45,189 bases of DNA from Faecousia sp. (lineage in GTDB: Bacteria; Bacillota; Clostridia; Oscillospirales; Oscillospiraceae): positions 1-45,189 of the forward strand of contig JAZSDE010000087.1 of the NCBI GenBank assembly GCA_045531015.1, written 5' to 3'. Below the pieces are notes generated by a model that saw nothing but the letters and a program-made list of their open reading frames with translations, was not told where the DNA came from and ran no database searches. The position numbers and the translations under genes are program-made. This document shows, one piece after another, positions 16,821-25,211 of this stretch (positions are counted from its first letter, which is position 1; each line of letters starts with the position of its first letter).

Positions 16821-17579
16821 TCAGGGCGTTTCGCTACTTTCTGCGTCCTCTTTTTCCATTTCTGCAAGGAGCTTTTTGTCCTGCTTGGAGGAGAGGTCTA
16901 ATTTTTCATACATATCCGGTCTCCGGACGCGGGTGCGGCGGAGGGCTTGCTTTCTGCGCCACTGGCCCACTTTCGCGTGATTGCCGGAGAGCAAAATTGC
17001 CGGGACTTCCCGATCGTGCCACACAGCCGGGCGGGTGTACTGGGGATATTCCAGCATACCGCTATAGTGGCTCTCGTCCTCGAAGCACTCCGGGTCAGCC
17101 AGTACGCCGGGTACCATACGGCACACCGCATCGGTCACCGCCATAGCCGCGATCTCGCCACCGGTGAGCACGAAGTCACCCAGCGAAATTTCCTCGTCCA
17201 CGCACTCGTCAATAAACCGCTGGTCGATACCCTCATAGTGACCGCAGACCAGCACCAAATTTTCCATTTTGCTCAGGCGAATGGCGTCCGCTTGGGTAAA
17301 GGTCTTGCCGCAGGGGGACATATAGATGGTATGGACCTTTCCCGTCGTCTGCTGACGCACCGCGTCCCAGCAGCGGTACAAGGGATCTGCCATCATTACC
17401 GCGCCACGGCCGCCGCCGTAAGGGTAGTCATCCACCTGACATTGCTTATTCGTGGTATATTCCCGAATTTGGTGGGTCTCGATGCGGATGAAGCCCCGCT
17501 CCTGGGCGCGGCCCAAAATACTGTCGGACAGCACGTCGCCTACGGTCTCAGGAAACAAGGTAAGTATGTCAATTCTCAT
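16821..17579 (-). CDS. trmD: tRNA (guanine37-N1)-methyltransferase
   Basis: VDDYPYGGG, CGHYEGIDQR, SLGDFVLTGGE, LEYPQYTRP, LLSGNH. Confidence 0.97.
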   Translation of the reverse strand: MRIDILTLFPETVGDVLSDSILGRAQERGFIRIETHQIREYTTNKQCQVDDYPYGGGRGAVMMADPLYRCWDAVRQQTTGKVHTIYMSPCGKTFTQADAIRLSKMENLVLVCGHYEGIDQRFIDECVDEEISLGDFVLTGGEIAAMAVTDAVCRMVPGVLADPECFEDESHYSGMLEYPQYTRPAVWHDREVPAILLSGNHAKVGQWRRKQALRRTRVRRPDMYEKLDLSSKQDKKLLAEMEKEDAESSETP

Positions 17580-18060
17580 CGTCTCGCATTCCCTTCAGGA
17601 GCTTTACGTTCATTCGGTTTTCCTCTAAATCCGTGCTGAGGATAAATTCCCGCACCGCCGGGATCATATAGCTATGCTCCCCTTTTACAACATAGACCTT
17701 GTTGCCGGGGTAGTCCAGCACGTCGGCGATCTTGCCGATGTATTCATCACCTGCAAAAACCTCCATATCCACAAGCTCAGCGGCAAAGATAAGACCTTCC
17801 GGCACATCCTCCCGGAAAAGTTCCACCGTTTTGCCTCGCAGGGCTTGGGCAGCTTCTATGGTATCCACGCCCGAAAGCTTAATAAGGTTGCAGGTTTTTT
17901 GGACTCGGCAATCCTCCAGCTCATATATTTTTGTACCAATACGGACGCGGGTATAGTCTAATAAAAAGTCCGGACCGTCGGTCCAAGGCAGCAGCTTCAT
18001 CTCGCCACGGACACCGTGGGTCGATACGATCTCGCCTGCCTGAATAAATGGGAGTTTCAT
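17569..18060 (-). CDS. rimM: Ribosome maturation factor RimM
   Basis: GEIVSTHGVRGE, PRC-barrel; real start ATG 18060 (upstream ORF extension is repeat DNA). Confidence 0.93.
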   Translation of the reverse strand: MKLPFIQAGEIVSTHGVRGEMKLLPWTDGPDFLLDYTRVRIGTKIYELEDCRVQKTCNLIKLSGVDTIEAAQALRGKTVELFREDVPEGLIFAAELVDMEVFAGDEYIGKIADVLDYPGNKVYVVKGEHSYMIPAVREFILSTDLEENRMNVKLLKGMRDDEN

Positions 18061-18089
18061 TTTCTTTCCTCCTAAATTAGGAATGCCTA

Positions 18090-18245
18090 AGGCTCCCTCT
18101 GACGAGGGAGCTGGCCTATTGCCGATTTTAGGCAATAGGTCTGAGGGAGAGATAATGTGCGTCTTCACTGGTATTTACCATTATATCAGGTTTTCTCTCC
18201 CCCAGTCACGCTGACCGCGTGACAGCCCCCTCGTCAGAGGGGGCC
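18090..18245. repeat. Inverted pair of two-hairpin REP-like repeats between khpA and rimM
   Basis: GGCTCCCTCTGACGAGGGAGCTG..CTGAGGGAGAG / CTCTCCCCCAG..CAGCCCCCTCGTCAGAGGGGGCC. Confidence 0.85.
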
Positions 18246-18264
18246 AACGCGTTATCGTGCTCTC

Positions 18265-18295
18265 TAAAGGAAATGCGTGACGCACCCGCGTCACG
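18265..18295 (-). terminator. Probable terminator after khpA
   Basis: CGTGACGC-GGGT-GCGTCACG then CATTTCCTTT on minus strand. Confidence 0.5.
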
Positions 18296-18303
18296 AACAG
18301 CCG

Positions 18304-18534
18304 TTAATCCACGATTTCGACCGTGATCTTTTCGCCGGTGCGCTGGGCAACGGTTTTCACGATGGTACGGATCTCTTTGGCGATCCGACCCTGACGGCCA
18401 ATGACTTTGCCCATATCGCCGGGGGCGACACGCAGCTCAAGCACCTTGCCGTCCTCTCCGGTGGTCTCCGTAACTGTTACTGCCTCGGGTTCATCCACCA
18501 GATTTTTTGCCATATACAGCAAAAGCTCTTTCAT
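18304..18534 (-). CDS. khpA: KH-domain RNA-binding protein KhpA (YlqC)
   Basis: DMGKVIGRQGRIAKEIRT; located between rpsP and rimM. Confidence 0.93.
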   Translation of the reverse strand: MKELLLYMAKNLVDEPEAVTVTETTGEDGKVLELRVAPGDMGKVIGRQGRIAKEIRTIVKTVAQRTGEKITVEIVD

Positions 18535-18555
18535 TGGAATTCTCCTTCGGGATAA

Positions 18556-18795
18556 TTACAGAACACCGGCATTCTTCAGCAGGCCACGGACAGTGTCGGT
18601 GGGCTGAGCGCCGTTCTTAATCCAAGCCTGTGCCTTCTCTGCGTCAACAGTAACGGTAGCGGGGTTGGTCAGGGGGTTGTAGGTACCGATCTCCTCGATG
18701 CAGCGGCCATCGCGGGGGCTGCGGGAGTCAGCAACAACGATACGGTAGTAAGGAGCCTTCTTGGCGCCCATTCTTCTCAGTCTGATCTTTACCAT
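18556..18795 (-). CDS. rpsP: 30S ribosomal protein S16
   Basis: [31 protein letters not shown]. Confidence 0.98.
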   Translation of the reverse strand: MVKIRLRRMGAKKAPYYRIVVADSRSPRDGRCIEEIGTYNPLTNPATVTVDAEKAQAWIKNGAQPTDTVRGLLKNAGVL

Positions 18796-18863
18796 GGGTT
18801 TCACCTCCAAAAATAATTCTTTTTTACTTTTTTATATCGCAAAGCATTTCTGCTTTTTGAGCC

Positions 18864-20210
18864 TTAAAACGGGAAGCCGCCAAAGCCACCCATACCCCGC
18901 ATCCGCTTCATCTTCTTTCCCGCGCCGGGGCCGGAGAACTGGCGGATCATAGCGCGCATCTGCTCAAAGGATTTTAAGAGCTTATTCACATCCTCCACCC
19001 GGACGCCTGCGCCGGCTGCGATGCGCTTCTTGCGGCTTGCGCCGATGATATTCGGGTTTTCCCTTTCCTTGGGGGTCATAGAAAGGATGATGGCCTCCGT
19101 GCGGCTCATTGCCTTTTCATCCACCTGGATGTTCTTCATAGCACCGCCGCCGGGCAGCTGGGCGAGAATGTCCTGCATAGAGCCCATAGACTTCATCTGC
19201 ACCATCTGATCGTAGAAGTCCTGAAGTGTGAATTTATTGGAACGGAGCTTTTCTTCCATCTCGGCGGCTTTCTTCTCATCGTAGGCCTTTTCTGCCTTTT
19301 CGATGAGGGACAGCACGTCGCCCATTCCCAAAATGCGGGAGGCCATACGGTCAGGATGGAAGGGCTCGATATCCTCCAATTTTTCGCCCATACCCACAAA
19401 TTTAATGGGTTTTCCGGTTATCGCGCGGACAGACAGCGCCGCACCGCCACGGGCGTCACCGTCTAACTTGGAGAGCATCACAGAGTCGATCTCCAGCCAT
19501 TCGTTGAAGCTTTGGGCTGCGTTGACGGCGTCCTGACCGGTCATTGCGTCAACCACCAGCAGAATTTCGTCTGGCTTCACAGCCGCTTTTACATTTTGCA
19601 GCTCAGTCATCAAGGCTTCATCAATGTGGAGCCGACCGGCGGTGTCCAAAAACACCATATCGTGACCCCGCTGACGGGCGTAGGAAATGGCTTCCTTCGC
19701 GATCTGCACCGGGTCGGTCTGCCCTTTTTCGAAGTCCGGGATCCCTAACTTTTCACCGCAGACCTGCAGCTGGGTGATAGCCGCAGGACGGTAAATATCA
19801 CAGGCGACCAGCAGCGGATTCTTGCCCTGCCGCTTCATAAGACCGGCAAGCTTACTGGCATTGGTGGTTTTACCTGCGCCCTGCAGACCTACCAGCATTA
19901 CAACTGTCGGGCCGGAAGGGTTGATCGTAATATGTTTGGTTTCGCTGCCCATAAGGCTTGTCAGCTCTTCGTCAACGATCTTGACGATCATCTGGGCGGG
20001 GCTCAGGGCTTCCAGCACATCAGTGCCAACACAGCGCTCGGTAACGGATTTCACAAAATCCTTAACCACTTTATAGCTGACATCCGCCTCCAAGAGCGCC
20101 ATACGGATCTCCCGCATCGCTTCCTTGACATCAGACTCTTTCAGACGGCCTTTACCTCTGAGCTTTTTGAAGGCAGCGGAGAGTTTTTCGGTTAATCCTT
20201 CAAATGCCAT
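18864..20210 (-). CDS. ffh: Signal recognition particle protein Ffh
   Basis: GLQGAGKTT, DTAGR, SKLDGDARGG, Met-rich M domain. Confidence 0.98.
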   Translation of the reverse strand: MAFEGLTEKLSAAFKKLRGKGRLKESDVKEAMREIRMALLEADVSYKVVKDFVKSVTERCVGTDVLEALSPAQMIVKIVDEELTSLMGSETKHITINPSGPTVVMLVGLQGAGKTTNASKLAGLMKRQGKNPLLVACDIYRPAAITQLQVCGEKLGIPDFEKGQTDPVQIAKEAISYARQRGHDMVFLDTAGRLHIDEALMTELQNVKAAVKPDEILLVVDAMTGQDAVNAAQSFNEWLEIDSVMLSKLDGDARGGAALSVRAITGKPIKFVGMGEKLEDIEPFHPDRMASRILGMGDVLSLIEKAEKAYDEKKAAEMEEKLRSNKFTLQDFYDQMVQMKSMGSMQDILAQLPGGGAMKNIQVDEKAMSRTEAIILSMTPKERENPNIIGASRKKRIAAGAGVRVEDVNKLLKSFEQMRAMIRQFSGPGAGKKMKRMRGMGGFGGFPF

Positions 20211-20213
20211 AAT

Positions 20214-20558
20214 TTACTCCTCAATAGCACCGGCGGCAACAAGCATTGCTTCCGCTTCCGCGCGGACTGCCGGGTCGGGGTGGTTTTTCAGTTTTTCCGC
20301 AGAAGAAAGGATCGCCTGCTTTGCCTTCCGGCTCTGCAAGTAGCGCCGAACACAGCCGGTCTTTTCTTCCATCTTCTGCAAATGGGCTTCTGCCCGGAGG
20401 ATGTTCTCGTGGACACCCTGACGGCTGACACCCAGCTCCTCAGCGATTTCCGCGAGGGACATATCCTGATTGTACTTAAGATCCAGACACATTCTCTGGC
20501 GCTCGGTCAGCAGGTCACCGTAATGATCGAAAAGCAGCAGCGTTTCCACGGCGTCCAT
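20214..20558 (-). CDS. ylxM: YlxM/UPF0122 protein
   Basis: LLFDHYGDLLTERQR..DMSLAEIAEELGVSRQGV; directly upstream of ffh. Confidence 0.92.
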   Translation of the reverse strand: MDAVETLLLFDHYGDLLTERQRMCLDLKYNQDMSLAEIAEELGVSRQGVHENILRAEAHLQKMEEKTGCVRRYLQSRKAKQAILSSAEKLKNHPDPAVRAEAEAMLVAAGAIEE

Positions 20559-20600
20559 AAACGGTCCTCCTGTCAATCAGTTTTCCTTTACACCTGACAT

Positions 20601-20629
20601 ATAATACAACGCATTGTTGTAAATGTCAA
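20601..20629 (-). promoter_or_regulatory. sigma-A promoter of ylxM-ffh
   Basis: TTGACA-17-TATTAT. Confidence 0.75.
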
Positions 20630-20647
20630 GTATTTTTTCTTGTCACC

Positions 20648-21280
20648 TTAATAAATTTTATACCACGGTATTCCCTCGCCGGTTCGTATAAAACCGCACT
20701 TTTCGTAAAGCCTCATTGCAGGCAGATTGTTCTGCGCAACTTGTAGGCGAACGACCTCGGAGGTTAGCACTTGACAGAGGGCAGATAGCACTTCCCTGCC
20801 CGCGCCTTTTTGGCAAGAAGCTATCGCGAGGATCTCGTCATTCTCTGCAATACCGATGCCGTAGAGGACACCGTTTTTATGGACGAAATAAGCGCTTTTT
20901 TCATACTTTTCCCGGTCTAAAAGGCGCATTTGGTTTGCGGTAGGGACGGCTGCCATTTTCTCATTATAAATGCAGCAGAAGTCCGGCCAGGTCTTTTCTG
21001 TCACCGGGAACAGAGAGAGGCTTGTCTCCCCTACCTCGGTTACCGTGCCCCTCAGGTGCAAAAGGGTGGTATAACGGGGGTATTTTTCCAAAGACGGATG
21101 CCCGGTGGCATAGATTTTTTCTGCGCCTGCGGCACGGCAAAAGTCGCTACATTCTGCGATCAGCGCTTCCGGGGTCTCGGTGCTTCGTATATGGATATAG
21201 GCGGTCTGCGCCGTGGGAATTTCCCGGAGAATCAGACTGGCAATACCGTTTTCGGTGGTAAAGAACGGAATATCCCTCAA
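20648..21280 (-). CDS. GNAT-family acetyltransferase
   Basis: C-terminal QKGAGREVL and NLPAMRLYEKCGF; TTG start with GAGGTGA RBS. Confidence 0.75.
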   Translation of the reverse strand: MRDIPFFTTENGIASLILREIPTAQTAYIHIRSTETPEALIAECSDFCRAAGAEKIYATGHPSLEKYPRYTTLLHLRGTVTEVGETSLSLFPVTEKTWPDFCCIYNEKMAAVPTANQMRLLDREKYEKSAYFVHKNGVLYGIGIAENDEILAIASCQKGAGREVLSALCQVLTSEVVRLQVAQNNLPAMRLYEKCGFIRTGEGIPWYKIY

Positions 21281-21342
21281 AAATAATCACCTCTTTTCTT
21301 ATAATAGCACAAAAGCTGTCCTTCGTCTACAGGACGAAATAC

Positions 21343-21371
21343 TTGATTTTTTACGAAAAATCTGCTACTCT
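21343..21371 (+). promoter_or_regulatory. sigma-A promoter for 76-aa gene
   Basis: TTGATT-17-TACTCT with extended -10 TG. Confidence 0.5.
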
Positions 21372-21396
21372 TTAACCCGAAAGGTTGGTGAAACAA

Positions 21397-21627
21397 ATGA
21401 AGAAGATCATCTGCAAGAAGGAATACGATACCGAGACCGCAACCCTCATCAAGAAGGTTACATATGGTTACTATGGCGACCCTGCAGGCTACGAAGAAAT
21501 TCTGTTCCAGACGCCCGAGGGACTGTACTTCCAGTATACACGCGGTGGCGAAGCTTCCCCCTATAACGGAGAGGATATCACCCGCGTGGCAAAGACCAAG
21601 GTAAACGAATGGATCGAAAACCACTAA
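21397..21627 (+). CDS. Small hypothetical protein (76 aa)
   Basis: MKKIICKKEYDTETA...; own promoter and terminator; codon choice resembles ribosomal protein genes. Confidence 0.75.
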   Translation: MKKIICKKEYDTETATLIKKVTYGYYGDPAGYEEILFQTPEGLYFQYTRGGEASPYNGEDITRVAKTKVNEWIENH

Positions 21628-21633
21628 GAAGCT

Positions 21634-21659
21634 GAGACCGCAAAAGCGGTCTCTTTTTT
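21634..21659 (+). terminator. Intrinsic terminator
   Basis: GAGACCGC-AAAA-GCGGTCTC-TTTTT. Confidence 0.85.
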
Positions 21660-21685
21660 CTACATTGTGAACAAAAACGCAAATC

Positions 21686-22148
21686 CCTTCCCCCGGGGGG
21701 AAGGTGGCCGAGCGTAGCGAGGTCGGATGAGGAATGCGGGCGGCAATCTTCTAAATGCGCATTTGTGCAGACCTATACTGCACGCCGTTCCTCACCCGCC
21801 CCTTTGGGGCACCCTCTCCCCGGGAGAGGGAATGTCGTACCATCGGTAGAGCGCGTAGGGGATGCATTTATGCATTCCACATTGCCGTACATTGACGGAA
21901 CGGATAAATCCGTTCTCTACAAGTGGAAACGGATCCTTCGACTCCGTTTCACTCCGCTCAGGATGACAGAAAAAGAACGGGAATGCAAACCGGGAGTGGT
22001 GCTCCGCGCAGCGAATCAAAATATCAATGATTGCCGGTGGCAATCATACCTTGATTTACTGCCACGGACGCAGAGCGTCCGTGGCAATGACAACCCTCAT
22101 CCGTCAAAAATCAAAGATTTTTGACACCTTCCCCCAGGGGAAGGCTTT
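21686..22148. repeat. Mosaic cluster of at least 7 REP-like units from three families
   Basis: Two-hairpin units 21686-21732, 21790-21830, 22093-22148; GTAG pair 21855-21920; ATGACA-ending units 21931-21968 and 22058-22092. Confidence 0.85.
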
Positions 22149-22156
22149 GTTTTTTC

Positions 22157-22184
22157 TTGACAGAAAAAGCCTTTGTGCTATTAT
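22157..22184 (+). promoter_or_regulatory. sigma-A promoter of tsaA operon
   Basis: TTGACA-16-TATTAT with extended -10 TG. Confidence 0.65.
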
Positions 22185-22213
22185 ATTATGAGAAAAACGA
22201 AAGGAGGCGGAAT

Positions 22214-22897
22214 ATGGAGACGGTGCAGATGCAAGTCATTGCGCGAATCCGCAATGATTTTTCGCAAAAGTTTGGCATTCCCCGGCAGAGCGGGCTTGCA
22301 GAGAGCGTCCTCTCCCGGATCGTTTTCGAGCCGGAGTTTCGCAACGACGATGCCCTCCGCGGCATTGAAGGCTTTAGTCATCTGTGGCTTATCTGGCAGT
22401 TTTCCGAAAATGTCCGCTCCTCCTGGTCGCCTACGGTGCGTCCGCCACGTTTGGGCGGTAATACCCGATTAGGTGTATTTGCTACCCGGTCTTCCTTCCG
22501 TCCCAACAGCATGGGTCTTTCCAGCGTTCGGCTGATTGGCACGGAGCGCACCCCGGAGGGTACGGTTTTGGTGGTAGCCGGGGCGGATATGCTGGACGGC
22601 ACACCTATTTTTGATATTAAGCCTTATATCCCCTACTGTGACAGCCACCCGGAGGCCTCCGGCGGCTTTACGGATACAGCCGGGGATTTCCTTTTAGCGG
22701 TCGATTTTCCGGCAGAACTGCTCTCTAAGCTTCCCAACGAGAAGCAAGCCGCGGTTTTGGAGGTTCTATCCCACGATCCCCGTCCATCCTATCAAAACGA
22801 TCCCGACCGGGTCTACGGACTTAATTTCGGCAGCTTCGATATTCGCTTTACAGTTAAAGAAAATACCCTGCTGGTGCAGGAGGTAACAGAAAAATGA
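22214..22897 (+). CDS. tsaA: tRNA m6t6A37 methyltransferase TrmO
   Basis: KFGIPRQSG, FSHLWLIW, TVRPPRLGGN..GVFATRSSFRPN, DGTPIFDIKPY, DPRP. Confidence 0.95.
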   Translation: METVQMQVIARIRNDFSQKFGIPRQSGLAESVLSRIVFEPEFRNDDALRGIEGFSHLWLIWQFSENVRSSWSPTVRPPRLGGNTRLGVFATRSSFRPNSMGLSSVRLIGTERTPEGTVLVVAGADMLDGTPIFDIKPYIPYCDSHPEASGGFTDTAGDFLLAVDFPAELLSKLPNEKQAAVLEVLSHDPRPSYQNDPDRVYGLNFGSFDIRFTVKENTLLVQEVTEK

Positions 22898-23742
22898 TCA
22901 TTGATTTTCACACCCATATGTTCCCCAAGAAAATTGCCGCCCACGCCATCGCCACCATTGAAATTAAGGCTGCCACACCCGCCTACACCGATGGCTCTTT
23001 AGAGGGTCTCCGGGCATCTATGAAAGAGGCCGGCGTGGACATCAGCGTGCTGCTGTCGGTAGCCACCAATCCCATGAAAATTGCCCATATGAACGATCTG
23101 CAGATCGCAGGCGCACAGCAGAGCGATCCCGACCTTGTTTGGTTTGGCTGTGTCCATCCCTATGCAGAAAACTGGAAGGAAGAATTGGAGCGAGTTGCCG
23201 CCGCAGGCCTTAAGGGCATTAAACTCCATCCCCAGTATCAAGGCTTTAAGATCGACGACCCAAAAAGCATTCGCGTACTGGAAAAGTGCGGCGAGCTGGG
23301 TCTGATCGTCGTCAACCACTCCGGCAAGGAGCCGGCCTATCCCGGTGTCTATAACAGCGATCCCAAACAAATCCGTAATGCCTTAAAGCAGGCCGGCCCT
23401 GTAACCTTTGTAGGTGCCCATCTTGGCGCACTAATGTGCTGGGACGAGGCTTTTGATATGTATGGCGATCTGCCGAATGTATATCTTGAAACCTCTTGGG
23501 GACTTCGGAGCTTAAAGCGCGGCGAGCGGGGCTATTATTCTCAGGAAGCCTTGGGTCTTATGGACCCGGATGACTTCCAAAAGCTGATACGGGATTTTGG
23601 CGCAGAACGGGTACTCTTCGGCTCAGATACGCCTTGGCGTGATCAAAAGCAGACCATTGACGGCATCCGTGCGTTGCCCCTTACCCAGGAAGAAAAGGAA
23701 CTTATTTTCCATAAGAATGCGGAGAGACTGTTAAATCTCTAA
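22894..23742 (+). CDS. Amidohydrolase family protein (Amidohydro_2)
   Basis: IIDFHTH, GIKLHP, AHLG, LFGSDTPW, NAERLL; ATGA overlap with tsaA. Confidence 0.88.
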   Translation: MIIDFHTHMFPKKIAAHAIATIEIKAATPAYTDGSLEGLRASMKEAGVDISVLLSVATNPMKIAHMNDLQIAGAQQSDPDLVWFGCVHPYAENWKEELERVAAAGLKGIKLHPQYQGFKIDDPKSIRVLEKCGELGLIVVNHSGKEPAYPGVYNSDPKQIRNALKQAGPVTFVGAHLGALMCWDEAFDMYGDLPNVYLETSWGLRSLKRGERGYYSQEALGLMDPDDFQKLIRDFGAERVLFGSDTPWRDQKQTIDGIRALPLTQEEKELIFHKNAERLLNL

Positions 23743-23764
23743 AGTAATTCTGATTATTCTTAAT

Positions 23765-23795
23765 AAAACCGGTGCATCGAGCACCGGTTTTATTT
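23765..23795 (+). terminator. Intrinsic terminator (copy of 7923-7949)
   Basis: AAAACCGGTGCATCGAGCACCGGTTTT. Confidence 0.75.
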
Positions 23796-24057
23796 CGGGT
23801 CGTCGAGGACGCCAATGCCACTTAGTTATGAAAGAATCTACGCATTATCGTTTCTGCAAAGTTGTTTTTCCGTGCGAAGATCCTTCTACGCGGCTTTGCC
23901 TTGCTCAGGATGACAGCATCAGCAGAGGGCGCCGGTCTCTATGGTTTCTTTTGGCAACTTCTGTATTTCCTCGTAGGGGCGGGCATTGCCCGTCCGCAAT
24001 ATTCCAAGATTTTACAGCATTTACGGTGCGGCACGGACGACCGATGGTCGCCCCTAC
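23796..24057. repeat. REP cluster: truncated GTAG unit, ATGACA-type unit, GTAG inverted doublet
   Basis: 23796-23813; GATCCTTC..GCTCAGGATGACA 23879-23915; 23973-23997 and 24034-24057. Confidence 0.8.
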
Positions 24058-24079
24058 AGTTTCTGTTGAAAATACATAC

Positions 24080-24124
24080 AAAAAACGCTGCCTCGCGTTA
24101 ACGCGTTAACGAGACAGCGTTTTT
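24080..24124 (-). terminator. Bidirectional terminator at end of pyr operon
   Basis: AAAAAACGCTG...CAGCGTTTTT. Confidence 0.75.
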
Positions 24125-24125
24125 C

Positions 24126-25211
24126 TTATAGCTTTTTCTTTGCTTCGCAGTAGATACAGCGGTAGATGCCGTTTTCCTTATCCACACACTTAAAGACGTG
24201 GGGCAGCTCCTGCTCGGTAGAGGAAATGCAGCGGTCGTTGGTACACTTCAAAGTGTCCACCAGTACGTCCTCCGGCTCCGGCATTTGCTTACCCTCCCGG
24301 GCATCTGCAAGGAGCTTTAAGATCAGCGCCATACGCATATACTTGCCGTTGAGCGCCTGACGGAAATAGGCGGCTCTGGGGTCCGCGTCCACCTTTACGC
24401 TGATCTCGTTGACACGGGGCAGCGGGTGGAGAACGCGCATCGTATCCTTTGCGGCTTTCATCTTCTCTGTATCTAAAATATAGCTGTCCTTCAGCCGCTC
24501 ATAAACTGCCGGATCGTCAAACCGCTCCCGCTGGATACGGGTCATATACAGCACATCCAGCTCCGGGATGGCAGCCTCCAACGAGGTGGTCTCCACATAT
24601 TCCATACCGCAATTTTCCAGCACTTCTTTGCGGACAAAGCCTGGCAGCTTCAGTTCCTCGGGAGAGATGAGGATGACCTTTACATTTTCGTAGCGGCTCA
24701 GGGCTGCCAGCAGAGAGTGGACAGTACGGCCGTATTTCAGGTCGCCGCAGCAGCCCACGGTAATATTATGGAGTCTTCCGTTCTCCCGGTAGATGGTAAG
24801 TAAATCCGCGAGGGTCTGTGTGGGGTGACAATGGCCGCCGTCACCGGCATTGATGACGGGAATGGAGGCATTTTTTGCTGCCACATAGGGCGCACCCTCC
24901 TTGGGGTGGCGGATAGCCATAATATCTGCATAGCAGGAGAGGATCTTGGCAGTATCTGCCATACTCTCTCCCTTGCTGGCAGAAGAAGAACTGGCTTCCG
25001 AGAAGCCGATGATGCTGCCGCCAAGCTCCAGCATTGCCGCCTCAAAGCTGAGCCGGGTGCGAGTGGAAGGCTCAAAAAACAGGGTTGCCAGCTTTTTGCC
25101 CTTGCAGCTTTCAGCGTACTTTTCCGGGTTTTCAATGATATGGCAGGCGGTGTCCATAAGGCTCTGCAGTTCCTCTACGGAAAAATCTGTAATATCTATG
25201 AGACTTCTCAT
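24126..25211 (-). CDS. pyrB: Aspartate carbamoyltransferase with fused C-terminal PyrI-type zinc domain
   Basis: [28 protein letters not shown]; tail CTNDRC...RCIYCE. Confidence 0.95.
   Translation of the reverse strand: MRSLIDITDFSVEELQSLMDTACHIIENPEKYAESCKGKKLATLFFEPSTRTRLSFEAAMLELGGSIIGFSEASSSSASKGESMADTAKILSCYADIMAIRHPKEGAPYVAAKNASIPVINAGDGGHCHPTQTLADLLTIYRENGRLHNITVGCCGDLKYGRTVHSLLAALSRYENVKVILISPEELKLPGFVRKEVLENCGMEYVETTSLEAAIPELDVLYMTRIQRERFDDPAVYERLKDSYILDTEKMKAAKDTMRVLHPLPRVNEISVKVDADPRAAYFRQALNGKYMRMALILKLLADAREGKQMPEPEDVLVDTLKCTNDRCISSTEQELPHVFKCVDKENGIYRCIYCEAKKKL

Noticed and set aside
18061-18168. N-terminal extension of RimM (likewise TsaA 22121-22213 and PmbA 39225-39299)
   Set aside because: The extensions are repeat DNA or overlap another gene; better starts exist downstream (RBS-backed for rimM and tsaA, ATGA-coupled for pmbA).
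21686-22148. CRISPR array or integron-like cassette array
   Set aside because: Units are heterogeneous and inverted, with no constant repeat-spacer period and no cas or integrase gene; a REP mosaic explains it.
24094-24111. Overlapping palindromes CGCGTTAACGCGTTAACG as a protein-binding site
   Set aside because: They lie within the terminator stem-loop; an 8-bp micro-duplication is sufficient explanation.
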